DNA of 64,000 bases, taken from the NCBI GenBank assembly GCA_032718475.1, contig JAUCBJ010003476.1:1-64000 (forward strand). Reading direction: 5' to 3'. Shown piece after piece: positions 28,374 to 40,200 of this stretch (position 1 is the stretch's first letter; each line of letters begins with the position of its first letter). The notes beneath the pieces were generated by a model. That model saw only the letters and a list, made by a program, of their open reading frames with translations. It searched no databases and was not told the DNA's origin. The position numbers and the translations under genes are program-made. Origin of the DNA: Nemertoderma westbladi. Taxonomy: Eukaryota; Animalia; Xenacoelomorpha.

Positions 28374-29716
28374 ACTACTAGGATCGGCATGATGCATTGC
28401 AGCTGCATTTCAGCTGCATTGCAGCTGCATTGCAGCTGCATTTTTAAGAATGCTGTGCCGGCTTATCGACAAAATTGCAGCGCCACAACTCCCTATCACC
28501 CATCACATTTGCTAGATCATCCGCATCTTCAAGGCCAGTGTCCTTTAAGATGCGTCTTAAGAAAGTCATGGGCTGTCCACCATGCTTATTCGCTCCATGA
28601 GGCTGCCAAAGTACAAGATTATGCACTGGCTGGTCCTCACGGCGAAAGCAATGTCCTGCAAAGCGGAGGCGATTTTGTTCTAGTGTCAAGCTTGGGGGAA
28701 CCAATGAGACACCTCCAATGTTATATAGTGTCTGGTTGGAGATGTGAGCATTGTACTTGACACAATGAACCCGGCGTAGCATTCTTGTGAATGTGCCATG
28801 CAGAGATTTGGTGTCCTCAGCAGTTAGAGCCCAGCATGGACTCCCATAGAGGAGTACTGGAACTACTGCTGCTCTAAATAATCGGACCTTAAGTTTCCGA
28901 TTAATTCTCGGGGACTTCCAAATCCTGGAAAGCCTATTCAAGGCTGCCCATGCCTTTCCCTTACGTATTCGAAGGTCCTCACCTGACTTCCGGATCCATG
29001 ATCCCAGGTAACAGAAGTCATCCACATGCTCAAGCATACCATCTTTTGAGCTTATGCTCATCCGATCAGAGACTTGCTGAGGACTTTCAAAGTTAACTGT
29101 CAAAATTTTGGTCTTTCTGGAGTTAATGAAAAGACCAATACTAGAAGCAGCATGTTCTAATGAGCTGAGGAGCCGTTGGGCTCTAGTGATTCTGAGAGTA
29201 CTCCTAAGTCATCAGCAAAGTCTAGATCAGTTAGGTACTTGGCAGGATTTCCTCGACTTCTAGAGGCAGTAGGTGGAGTTATCATCACCCCATCTTCATT
29301 ATGATGATCTAAGGACATGCGTAGAACATAGTCAACAACAATTATGACCAAGAATGGTGCAAGTGTGTCTCCCTGGAGGACGCCCGATAACACTTCAAAT
29401 GGTTCTGTGTCACCGTCAACAGTAGACACAAATGTTGTCGAACCATCGTATACTGATCTGATTGCTGCAATAATTTCATCAGGAATCACATATAATGAAA
29501 GTATGCTGAACATACGTGAGCGAGAGACTGAATCAAAGGCCTTGAAGAAGTCAACAAAGATAACAGCCAGATGCCTGTCTTTCTTTTTTGATAAATAACT
29601 CTTCAATTATCCTTCTAAGTGCCAAAATGGGCTCCATGGTCCCACGACCTTTACGGAACCCATTCTGATTTCCACGGAGCAGTCTCTCAATGGGATCTCT
29701 GATGCGATTTAATAGA
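28374..29716 (-). mobile_element. 5'-truncated, frameshifted RTE-type non-LTR retrotransposon
   Basis: RT motifs QNGFRKGR, FVDF.KAFDSV, GVLQGDTLAP, LDFADD and FCYLGS, with the RTE-like C-terminus (VLLYGS..W, RLRFAGH) in ORFs 29157-29606 and 28444-29103. Short tandem (TGCAGCTGCAA)n 3' tail at 28374-28441. Confidence 0.88.
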
Positions 29717-30969
29717 TCAAACTGCAGACAAGAATATATTAGTTTTTATACGGTACTGTTGAGCACAGTGACTTCAGATCATTTGAATATTGACATTTAT
29801 GAGGCCGAAAATAGTGGACATTAAAGGTATCAGGTCGTATTTCCAGGCCTACCTTTTATCTGAGCCGCTAGCGGAATGGTTAGAGCGCCAGATGTAAAGG
29901 CTTTGGCGGAATTAGCTGGTTATTTTCCCCGCAAAGTACTCTGTAGGTGTTTTAACGGACATAAAAAGCCGTTTCCTTACTGTACCGGTGTTTTAGTGGA
30001 CATAAAAAGCCATTTCTTCTGTATGTGTACTTTAGCGGACATAACTAGCGATTTTATGTCGCAATAAGCCAAAATCCTCTTGATACAGTGTAGTTACGAT
30101 GACGACATCTATCAGCTGATATGTACACGTGTATGGTGGCCCATGAGTATCATAACAAAAAAATATATTTATATATTTTTAAATGAAATAAAAAAACGAA
30201 TTTTAAAATGCATATGAAAAAAATTCAAACAAAAAATAAAATGCAATTTAAAATGTATTTTAAAGTCGATTTCAAAACGATTTTTAAAAGGCATTTTAAA
30301 ACGCATTCACAACACGCAGCCCATGAGTATCATAACAGACTGACGTAATGGTAGCTGGCCCAGGAGTATCATATCGAACTGTCAGAGGATAGGCCTAACA
30401 TGCGCATGCGCGCGCATGCGCATACGTCAGGCTACCTAGTTCCCTTGCTGCCAGCTGTAGAGTACCGGTAGTGCACTACTGTTGAACTGCACTAGACAGA
30501 ATCAGAACAGCAGAAGTCAGCTAGTGCAGTAGTGGTATCGGTTCTGCGGTTGTGGCACTTGTGGCAAGGCCCTGCTGCCCTAGGCGTACCGGTACCTGTA
30601 ACTGAATAAGCTCTTTGCTTTGAGTATGCTGAGCGTAGAAAAGCACTATAACTAACTGTATACAGGTATAAGACTATGGCAGTTCGCAGTATGGCTATAT
30701 CTGTATATAAATACAGAAATACCCTATATAGGCTATTATTAGCCTATAGCACTGTAGCAGTATAGGGCTGTAGGGTGACCAGTGACCACTGATAGATTGC
30801 AGGTACCGGTCACCGGTACGTCTGTACGTTGATTGACTTTGTGCCAATGCTGTTATCTGTTCTGCTGTTATTCAGAAACTGCTACCGGTAGTAAACCGCA
30901 TACATTGAAATTTCATTATTATATTTATATTGGACGACATCGATCTGTCGATTGCCTCCCTATACTGCT

Positions 30970-32175
30970 ATGCCACCACGAACAGAATGGAAGGATGACA
31001 AGATTCTTAAAGCGGCTTTGGCTTGGTATGTAAAGAAAAACTACAAAAAAATGGAGATTCTTAACTACATGGAACGCGATTTTGATGAATATGCATGGAG
31101 TTTGGCCACATTAAGTCGCCGCATGAAGCATTTTGAAATTAGGTATATAGATGACTGTGATCCGCAGATCGTTATGGCTGCTATAGTTAGTGAGTTAGAC
31201 GGCCCTTCTCAGAAACTTGGATATAGAGGAATGCATCAAGTTCTCCGTGATAAACATAACTTAAAAGTTCCACGTAGCCTAGTTTCGGACATACTACGAG
31301 ACGTTGATCCAAGAGGTACTGAAGAACGGACACCCAGGTTTAAAGATAAACGTGTGAGAAGTCTATTTGAAAGTGGTGGTTCTTTTCAGACGCTGAGTAT
31401 AGACGGCCACGACAAATTATGTGGATACCAAAACCGTACATTTCCCCTGGGGGTCTTTGTGTTTTTAGATACTTATTCTAGAAAAGTACTTAAAATCAAT
31501 GTTTTATTCTCCAACTCACAGCCTTTAGCTATCGCCTCACTATATTATGATTTACTTACTGAAATAAAGTGTATGCCAGTGTTCATTAGGTGCGATAGAG
31601 GTACCGAGATGGGTAAGCTAGCTACATTGCATTCATACCTTATAGATCAACAAGATATTATGGATGACCCAACAGAAGCTATAATATTTGGGCCTTCCAC
31701 GACCAATAAAATTGAACGATGGTGGAGGGATCTTCACGAACGCATGGAAATGTATTATAAGGATCAACTTACAGATCTGTTAGTTACGAATCAATACGAT
31801 CCACATAACGCAAATGACAGGCTTGTTATGGCCTATGTTTACATACCCATTGTGCAGAAGGATTGCGATATGTTCGTGTCAAACTGGAACTCACATAGAA
31901 TTCGAGCACAGAAGATAGGATTACCAACGGGAATTCCAAATCATATGTTTGATTTTCCCGAAACATACGGTGGCCAGAAATACTCGCTCGATTTTGATTT
32001 ACATGACTTGCAACTGGTTGCAGAGCAACTAGGTATCACTGACTATAGTAAGACCCGTATTATGGACTGTGAGGTTATAAGAAAGTGTACTCAGATATTG
32101 CCAGAACCCGCTAATATTAAGAGTTGTGATGCTAAGGAAGTCTTCATTTATCTTAAAGAAAAAATTAAAGAATAG
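30970..32175 (+). CDS. IS3/integrase-like DDE transposase (intact, ~401 aa)
   Basis: N-terminal HTH-like region (WSLATLSRRMK; LGYRGMHQVLR) and triad SIDGHDKL / IRCDRGTE / NKIERWWRDL, followed by WNSHRIR..GIP. No introns or stops. Confidence 0.92.
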   Translation: MPPRTEWKDDKILKAALAWYVKKNYKKMEILNYMERDFDEYAWSLATLSRRMKHFEIRYIDDCDPQIVMAAIVSELDGPSQKLGYRGMHQVLRDKHNLKVPRSLVSDILRDVDPRGTEERTPRFKDKRVRSLFESGGSFQTLSIDGHDKLCGYQNRTFPLGVFVFLDTYSRKVLKINVLFSNSQPLAIASLYYDLLTEIKCMPVFIRCDRGTEMGKLATLHSYLIDQQDIMDDPTEAIIFGPSTTNKIERWWRDLHERMEMYYKDQLTDLLVTNQYDPHNANDRLVMAYVYIPIVQKDCDMFVSNWNSHRIRAQKIGLPTGIPNHMFDFPETYGGQKYSLDFDLHDLQLVAEQLGITDYSKTRIMDCEVIRKCTQILPEPANIKSCDAKEVFIYLKEKIKE

Positions 32176-32719
32176 TTAAAAGAGAAACATATATATTTAT
32201 TATAATTATAAGGCTATAGAGGGAGGGATGTAACAGATTGGGCATTTATTTTCATTGGCAATCCGGACGGCTAGTACGTAAATTGTATTAACAGTTAACA
32301 CGTTATTTTCAATGATAATCCGGATTGCTGAATACCCTATTGGAATCATGGATTTTCAATGTAATTATTAAATTTCAACTAAACTACTACAACTAACAAC
32401 TAAAAAAGTTAAAACTTAAAGCGAACAATAAAACTAAAAAAACCAACAAAAAAAACAGTAAAACCAAAAATGTATAAGTTTCGCTGTATGGAGTAGAACG
32501 TGGGTTAGTTACCCCGGTATTAATTTCATTGCAATTTAGATAATTTACCAAACCAGATATTAGTATTATTCAATGTTAGTAACCCCAGCCCAAACCCAAA
32601 CTAGCTGCCGGCTAAAATGTATGAAAAACTAAAGAACTTATGCTAAAATAAAAAAGCAAGTTATAGTTATAAGCAAGTTCTATTGCATGAGTCACATGAC
32701 GAATGATATGATAGGCCTA

Positions 32720-34089
32720 CTAAGTGTTTTCATGGAGGTGCATAATTTTGCAATAACGGTTGCATTTATGGGATAGGAGGAAGGTTTCAATACCGATCAC
32801 TGAGCAATTCCCTGCGCAAAAGTATATCTCTTGGTCGTCATATGTTAGTTCTCTACTGGCGATCTCAGGGTCATACAATCGCAGATCTGTGCCCTGAATA
32901 TCTAATAGCATTATCTTCTTCTTCGTATGTATATATGAGTAATGGGCGAGCGCCTGCGCCTTATCATAGTTATCCAGCTCGTAATCGCTGAGGTCTTGGT
33001 CCCTCGTATCTGTTACCGTGCCACAGTTGTTTATGTATTTAATAAATGTGCCAGGTACATGCTCCTCTACTGTAATAAATTCCCTCTCAGATGAATCCAT
33101 CACCCCAAACCAAACCTTATTGTAGACGAAAGTTTCTCCAAAATCTTCGTCGAGATTACTCACACACTTCGAGAATGAATCAGTGTTGTAGAAGCAACGG
33201 TATGCATTTGTACCTGTTTTCGAGTGTGATATTCGACGGTTGTTCCCAGTTCCTCAGTTAACATTGCTTCCACACTGGGTTTGTATTTTTTCACAACAAA
33301 CTTTTCATTGCCATCGCAATTGTAGGCCATGTAGGCAGATCTAAACCCACCCTCCGCAAAAGGTACTTTGGACACCTTGTATCTGCCGGCTTTCTCTATA
33401 TTCCAAGTGGAGTGCTCAATATCAAATTCTTCACGACATATAGTGACAGCAACGTATTTATCATCTACTATAAGTTTACCTGCCTTTATTAAGCATGACA
33501 CTGATACAGATTTTGGATAAATCTTCGGACTCTCAACTGCCCGTGAAGACCACTCCCTAGATAACATATTGGTAGATGAATAAGTAGTACAGCTACCGCC
33601 GTCACTTGGTTCTAAATCCTGCAGTGCGGTACTCACTTTACCACCTGCAGCAGCATCACTACCGGGCGTGGTAGGTTGGCTACTAGTACTAGGTCTACTA
33701 CTACCACCAGTAAACCTGACAAAGTAAATCTTCTTACATCCCAATTGTTCGATGTCAGAGCAGCTTGGGCCCCTCTCACTAGCCAAAACATCACAACTTC
33801 CCTCGGGTTCACCATAGTATGCCTCACAGGCAGTCTTTATGTTAGTGATGCTTAGGTCCTCATAGTCAGCTTGGAAAGGTACAAAGTGGCGAGGCCCAAT
33901 CGGTTCGTATTTAGATAGTCTACCTCCAGAGTGTTCAGATAATTTTTGTACAGTTAGCCATTGCGGGGATTTGAGTCTACCGGTAGCACCAGTACCTTGT
34001 TGCGCTCTCTTCGTGCGTTTCGCTGACAGTCTCGCCTCCAAATCGCCGATGTTTGTTTTTCTTCCTTTCTGTCCCGCAACTCCTGCCAT
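32720..34089 (-). CDS. Alpha-kinase (eEF2K/MHCK/TRPM7 family), intronless, with one frameshift near 33185
   Basis: Motifs PFAEGGFRSAY, FVVKKY, TVEEHVPGTFIKYINNCG, AQALAHYSY, LLDIQG, LYDPEI, AGN and the zinc site HKCNRYC. ORFs 33160-34095 and 32720-33163 join if one base is restored (QMHTVAST.TDSFSKCVSNLDEDFGETF). Confidence 0.9.
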
Positions 34090-37000
34090 ATCCAAGACAT
34101 ACGCATAGGCCTATATACACAGTGGAATACTGAAATATAATAATGTAATACTGAAAAGGAAGTCTACAAATGCGAACTGTACAACTACCGGTACTCTACA
34201 CCTTCAGGTCACAGAAACGAACGAGTCATACTGCCTGACTGCTGTACCGTACCAGTAGTCAAGTTCCAGTACTGTATCACAGTAACAGAAGGCATCGGAT
34301 GTTAGGCCTTGCTGACTTCTGCTGTAGTGCAGTACAACAGTAGTGCACTACCGGTACTCTACAGCTAGCAGCAAGGGAACTAGGTAGCGTATGCGCATGC
34401 TCATGTTAGGCCTATCCTCAGCCAGTTCGATATGATACTCCTGGGCCAGCTACCATTACGTCAGTCTGTTATGATACTCATGGGCTGCGTGTTGTGAATG
34501 CGTTTTAAAATGCCTTTTAAAATTCGTTTTGAAATCGACTTTAAAATCCATTTTAAATTGCATTTTATTTTTTATTTGAATTTTTTTTCATATGCATTTT
34601 AAAATTAGTTTTTTTATTTCATTTAAAAATATATAAATATATTTTTTTGTTATGATACTCATGGGCCACCATACACGTGTAACTTTTCCTTTGTTTCTTT
34701 GTTCGGTCAACCAATCAGAGCGATTCTCATTTTATTTGTACAGAAGCCTCCGGGAAATCGCGCAATGCATTACGGTTTATGTTTACCTTTTTTCCTGATG
34801 CCAGAAGACCGGCTGTGGAATTATTCTGTGTTTCAGGCTTTAGCCAAACATTAGTAGGCTTTGATCATAGAAACGTATAACTGTTATCACAATTCATATC
34901 AACTCAAACCACAAACTGGCATACAGCCCATATCATACCATACATACCTTTCACCGCATTATTTTACTGCTATTTAATGTCGGTTATTAATTGTATCAGT
35001 TTGATGGAATATTGTTATATTTGGATAATATTGATAAATAATCATAAAACCCCAATCTTCTTGATATACTGAAGGTAAGAGACCGGTTACATATAGCAAT
35101 TGCGACTTACATTCTATTGGTTTTGGAGTGAATCTAATGCTATTTCATAGGCACTACATGTGTCCGTTGCTGTTCTCTTTATATGTGACTAAAATCAGTG
35201 AAGGTCGGCAGATCGGTGTGCAGCATTGTGCAGTAGTGTGCATGAGTTTGATAGATAACAAAGCATCTCCTAAAGAATGCGCTTTATACGTGAATCAATA
35301 GCCATCCTGTTGTGCTTAGTGTAAGTCATAACTCTGTTTACATACTTAGAGCGCCACGTCCTAAAGGAACTGTTGATATTTCCCGAAGGTGAATAATATT
35401 GGTCAGAGATTATATATTAGCGATCAATCGAATAATACAGTAGGCCTACATCGCAATAAGGTCAGAGCTTCCGAATCCAGTCTCCTGGGTATATCCAGCG
35501 GGTGAATGGTCGCGCATAGGCTGGCTTCGGCTAATGTAGTGTATCAAATACTTGTCATAGGCTAAAGTCGATTTATAACCTAAAAGACACCTAAATTTGG
35601 CAGGTTAAACTGCTAAAGGTCTAAAAGCGCGAACAATAACAGTTATAGCTTCTTTATTGCACGTAGGCAATAAAGGGCAAAAGTACCGGTCGACCGGTAA
35701 CCAGTAGGCCTGACTACCTAACCACCCGGACCGGTACTTACAGCAGTACAGGTACAGCAGTATTATTCGATTTTGATAATTATATACCGGTAGGTCTTGA
35801 TATTTAATCAGGGACTGCAGCCCTGGTTTTTTATTGGGATTTTACTTATTTCTGTCAGTTTTATTTATTTGTAAGTTGATATTGAGCAGAAGGCGTGTAA
35901 GCCTGCTCAGATTGTACAGATAATTTGTAGGCTAGACTGTTGTCTGACTGTTGTTAAGTCTGAAGAGATTGCAGTGTGTGTAGAGTGTATGTCCGATAAA
36001 GTACTAGTTAGGAAAGTGGGTGGCATCCAGTGCTGTAAGGTAAATCCCCCCGAAAGAATAAGTCGTACTACTCGGTTAGAACGCATACTAACTAACCATT
36101 TCGGAGTCTGCATATACTGTAATTTGTTTAGGCTTGATAGTAGTCTGCCAGCATTTGGTTTGTATTTTGTTTGTGTAGTCTGTAAGGGTAGCGTAATATT
36201 TATTATTCAGAGTTTATGCGATTATTCGCAACATACATACCCCCAAGTTTATTCCTACAGTAATTGTGCTTGTTATACATACCGTTATAGTTAAATTAAC
36301 CCCGGTACTACATCAGGGCTGTTTGGCGTAGGTAAAGACTGGTGATTTTATGCTCTAGTCACTCCGGCAGATACTGTGGTTCTTTTAGCTGTACAAGTAT
36401 TTTTAACTGCTGGTTATTTGTTGTATAAGTACTTGTACCTAATTTAGGGTTTAGTGTACAGTGCTTTCCGAAGGTAATTAGTGTGTAGGCAGTATATTTG
36501 TGTTGTAAAGTGGTTAATAGGCACGTTGGCTCTGGTAGGCCGCGGTAATTAACTTCTAGGTAGGAACTAAGTAGTACTTATAGCGATACGGCTATAAGTC
36601 GTCAGACGGTGGTATTTTTCCTATCTGGACAACGCAGTATATTTACTACTGCTTTGTTATTTTCAAATACTGTAGTATCCTGTCCGTTTGTAATAACCAG
36701 ATATTCTAACCCTTTGTTAGGCTGGTTTGTAGACTTCTTGTAAAATTAACCCTAAAAATTCGTACGTGTAATTTTTGTGTTTATTTAGAGATTGTAATCT
36801 CACCCCGAATTGTACGTAATTTGTAGTATTAAGTAACTTAGGCAAATTAGAATTATTTGTTTTAGTGTCCAACAAGTAGCACTTCACTGAGAGCGTACAG
36901 CTTCTGTGCAGTGACTCCTTCCCAGAAATAATAACATTTATTTCAAACATTGACAAAAACCCATTAAACGGGTATATACATATTATAAATCAACTCAAAC

Positions 37001-37234
37001 CGATTTATAAAATAGTAGGCCTGTCATACAACAATTAGGTCTTAATATCAGTTGGACTACTGATTAAATAACGGTAATAAGGTAAAGTAAAGTAACTTGG
37101 TTCCAAGTAGACTTGGTTTCAAGTAGACTTGGTTCCAGCGGGTGAGTCTCCAGGTTCAAGGAACGGCCCAGTAGAAAGCTCAGCTGGCTGAGCGCTCAAC
37201 CCATGGAGAATCAACAGACGCTACCTTTTCCCAA

Positions 37235-40200
37235 GTGGAAAGTGAAGCGACAGCTGAGAAACCGCATAAGAGGGATGCTATTGACATCTATCTGTCAGAC
37301 TATCAACGATTTCTAGGTGACGAAGAGTTGAGGAGACGGCTGTCTGGACTTCGCCCTAATAGTGAAGGAGCCAAGCTTGTGTTGGACGCAATCGATGCGG
37401 AAATGTTAGCTGCAAACCAAGCTGAATTTGATGAAAGACTCCGCATCGCTAGGGTCCAAGAAGAACAAGTCAAGAAAAAACGTATAGAAGACAGAAAGAC
37501 AGCAGCAGCGGCAATGGCAGAGGCAGAAGCGGAAAGAAAGGCGGCAGAGGCAGAGGCAGAAAGAAAGATAGCAGTGGCAGAAGCAGAACGAAGAGCATCT
37601 GAAGAGACCACCCAACTAGAGTTGGAAAATATTCAAGAGAATCAAGACTGCATAAATAAACAGTTAACAGCTAGTCAAATGCAGATGATGAACAGGAAAT
37701 GATCAAGAAGTGCAGCAGAGTATCGCGTTAGAACGCGATAAATTAGTAAATACCCAAAGAGGTATACCACCAACCCCGGTAACAATGTATCAACCTGTTA
37801 GGTCTGAAGTATTTCATGCGCAAGGTGTGGAGCCTACACGCATCTATACTGCTAGTGAAGTAGAAACTCCTATAGTAAACCCTATTAAGGGTAATTATAA
37901 ACCTGTTGACAATGATATTCCATATAGACCTGATCATAATCCGAGAAATTTATATACCGATAACTCGATATTAAATAACACGATGGCCCAAGAAAGTTTT
38001 ACACGTCAAATGGCTAGAACCGAAGCCCGTCAAGCGGTAAAGGTGGGAGAGATCGTCAAGTTCAATGGAGATGAGATGAAATGGTTATCTTTTAATGAAT
38101 ATTATAAAGATAACATACAGAACTCTGTGCTATCTAATGGAGAGAAACTTAGATTCCTCATCGAGTGCTTGGAAGGATCTCCCAAGTTAATGGCGTTAAA
38201 GTTTATTGGACATCCAGATGGATTAAGACAAGTTTGGGATACACTAAACATCAGGTATGGTAATAGGAATAACATAGCTAGGTATTTGTATGCAAAATTG
38301 GTAGCGCCCCGAAAGTTCATTAGCAGTGGGATTATAGAGTTTTCCGATGAGATTCAGGAGATCTGTAGACAATTAGATTGGCTAGGTAAGTCTCATGAAT
38401 ATCAGAGTTCTATGGTTATTGGAGCCGTGGCCTCTACTTTACCGAAGGGTGGAGTAGGTACACGCTGGGATAAGAAAGTGAAGATATGATGATAAGAAGA
38501 TATGATGGAACAACAACGACGAGACCCTACCGTGGCTGATCTCATGTCATTCTTAGATGGAGAAGTAAAATTACAGCTCCTAAAGCAGTCCAGAGAGAAG
38601 ACACCGGAAAATAAGGTAAGTGAGAAACCAGTTTCTAGGAGAAAGGTAACACCAGTGTGTTATACCGACGACGGCGAAAGCCAGGCTTCTCAAGAAGAGG
38701 ACAGCGGGAAAGACACTGAAAGATCTTATTATGTCAACAAAACGCCTAAAGACGTAAGTAAATTCAAGTCTCGAACCAATGACAGGAGAGAACAGGTAAG
38801 AAAAACTCCTCCTACGTCTCCTAAGAGAATTCATGTAAGAAAGCCCGAAGAAAGAACGAGTGTGCACAACGTTACTCAAAATAAGGTAAGTAACATCAAA
38901 CCGAAATGTGCGCTGTGTGACGGGCCCCACCGTTTGAATGTGTGTGATGAATTCCTAAAGAAATCGTTAAAGGATAGACGGGAAGTCATGTGGGATAAGC
39001 GGTTGTGTTTATAATTGCCTCAGACAAGGACACCAACGGCGAACCTGTTACTCCGACGCAAGGTGTGCGAAGTGCGGCGCAAAACATCATATCTTGTTGC
39101 ACACTGAATTCGAACGAAACAGCTCGAGTCAGGTAAGTGAGTCCGAACTACATGTCCAATTCAGTGATGTGAACGACACTGACCAAAGTTCTGAGATGGA
39201 AGGATTCTATACGGACGAATTCTCCGACGAAAACGAATCCTGTTACCAGATAAATACCGCAGTGTATCGAGCACTTATGTATGAAAAGGATACCGACAGT
39301 GAGCTCCCCCTAACTACTTCTGACCGACAACCATCTTGGAAAGCACCAACTTCCAATGTAGGAATCCGAGAATTTACCGTAGTGCAGTTGAGGGTCCACG
39401 GACCTGAAAGGAGTTATATAGTGAACGCCCTCCTTGACTCCGGTAGCACAGGAACATTCATCGACAAAGAACTAGCCGAAGACATCTTTGCTGGACAACC
39501 CAAGTTCCGAACAAGTTAAACATGTCAGGAATTATGCAGGTTTGGAAATCTACAGTAATAGCAGATTATTATGTAGGTGCGTTGTCCAACCCCCAGGATG
39601 AACTAGGAGAACACAGTATAAGGTCAGTAAAAATGGTGGCGATAAAGAACTTCGCTACCAGCCAAGTAGAACCTTATAACTGGGATGAGGACGATTTCAC
39701 CCAGCAGCTTAAAATACCTAGATTCAACACAGACTACCCTGGAGTGCAAATACTCATCGGCCAAAATGCGCATGAGGCGCTTGAGACATTGGAGAAACGG
39801 CCTGCTCAACCGCAACCACTACAAACCTATGCGGGAAGAACTAGAGTAGGTTGGTACTTTACTGGCCCTTCCCGTAGAACTCTCATGGAAAGGTTAAAAA
39901 GAACGGGTATACCAGGTAAGTGAATGGGAAGCGGAGAGCAGTGAGGTAGATGACCCAACTGAGGGAACACCATACTCCTCAGATAATGACGATATCCACC
40001 AACTCTTCGACGAGGAAAATACCATCGACCTCCTTACAGAAAACGAAACTTGGCAAAACCAAGTGAACCTATGTCAACTCATTCATCCATCAGGACAAGT
40101 CGACTATAACGACGAACTGAATGACGTGATAGATCGCTACAACGCGAGGACTCGGGATGAACACGCCGTACGATTCTTTACTCAAGAGGCTGTAGAGCCC

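Larger units (their letters stand above)
30132..34673. mobile_element. IS3EU-type DNA transposon with transposase and alpha-kinase
   Basis: Ends TATGGTGGCCCATGAG/CTCATGGGCCACCATA; TIRs ~30132-30521 and 34311-34673; 6-bp TSD CACGTG (30126-30131, 34674-34679), with the empty site visible in the 3' LTR. TAY..RTA ends, a 6-bp TSD and an integrase-like transposase fit the IS3EU superfamily. Confidence 0.9.
29893..35635 (+). repeat. 5' LTR, split into 29893-30131 and 34680-35635 by the DNA transposon
   Basis: The two pieces sum to 1195 bp and match 47832-49026 with about seven substitutions counted by eye. Confidence 0.96.
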
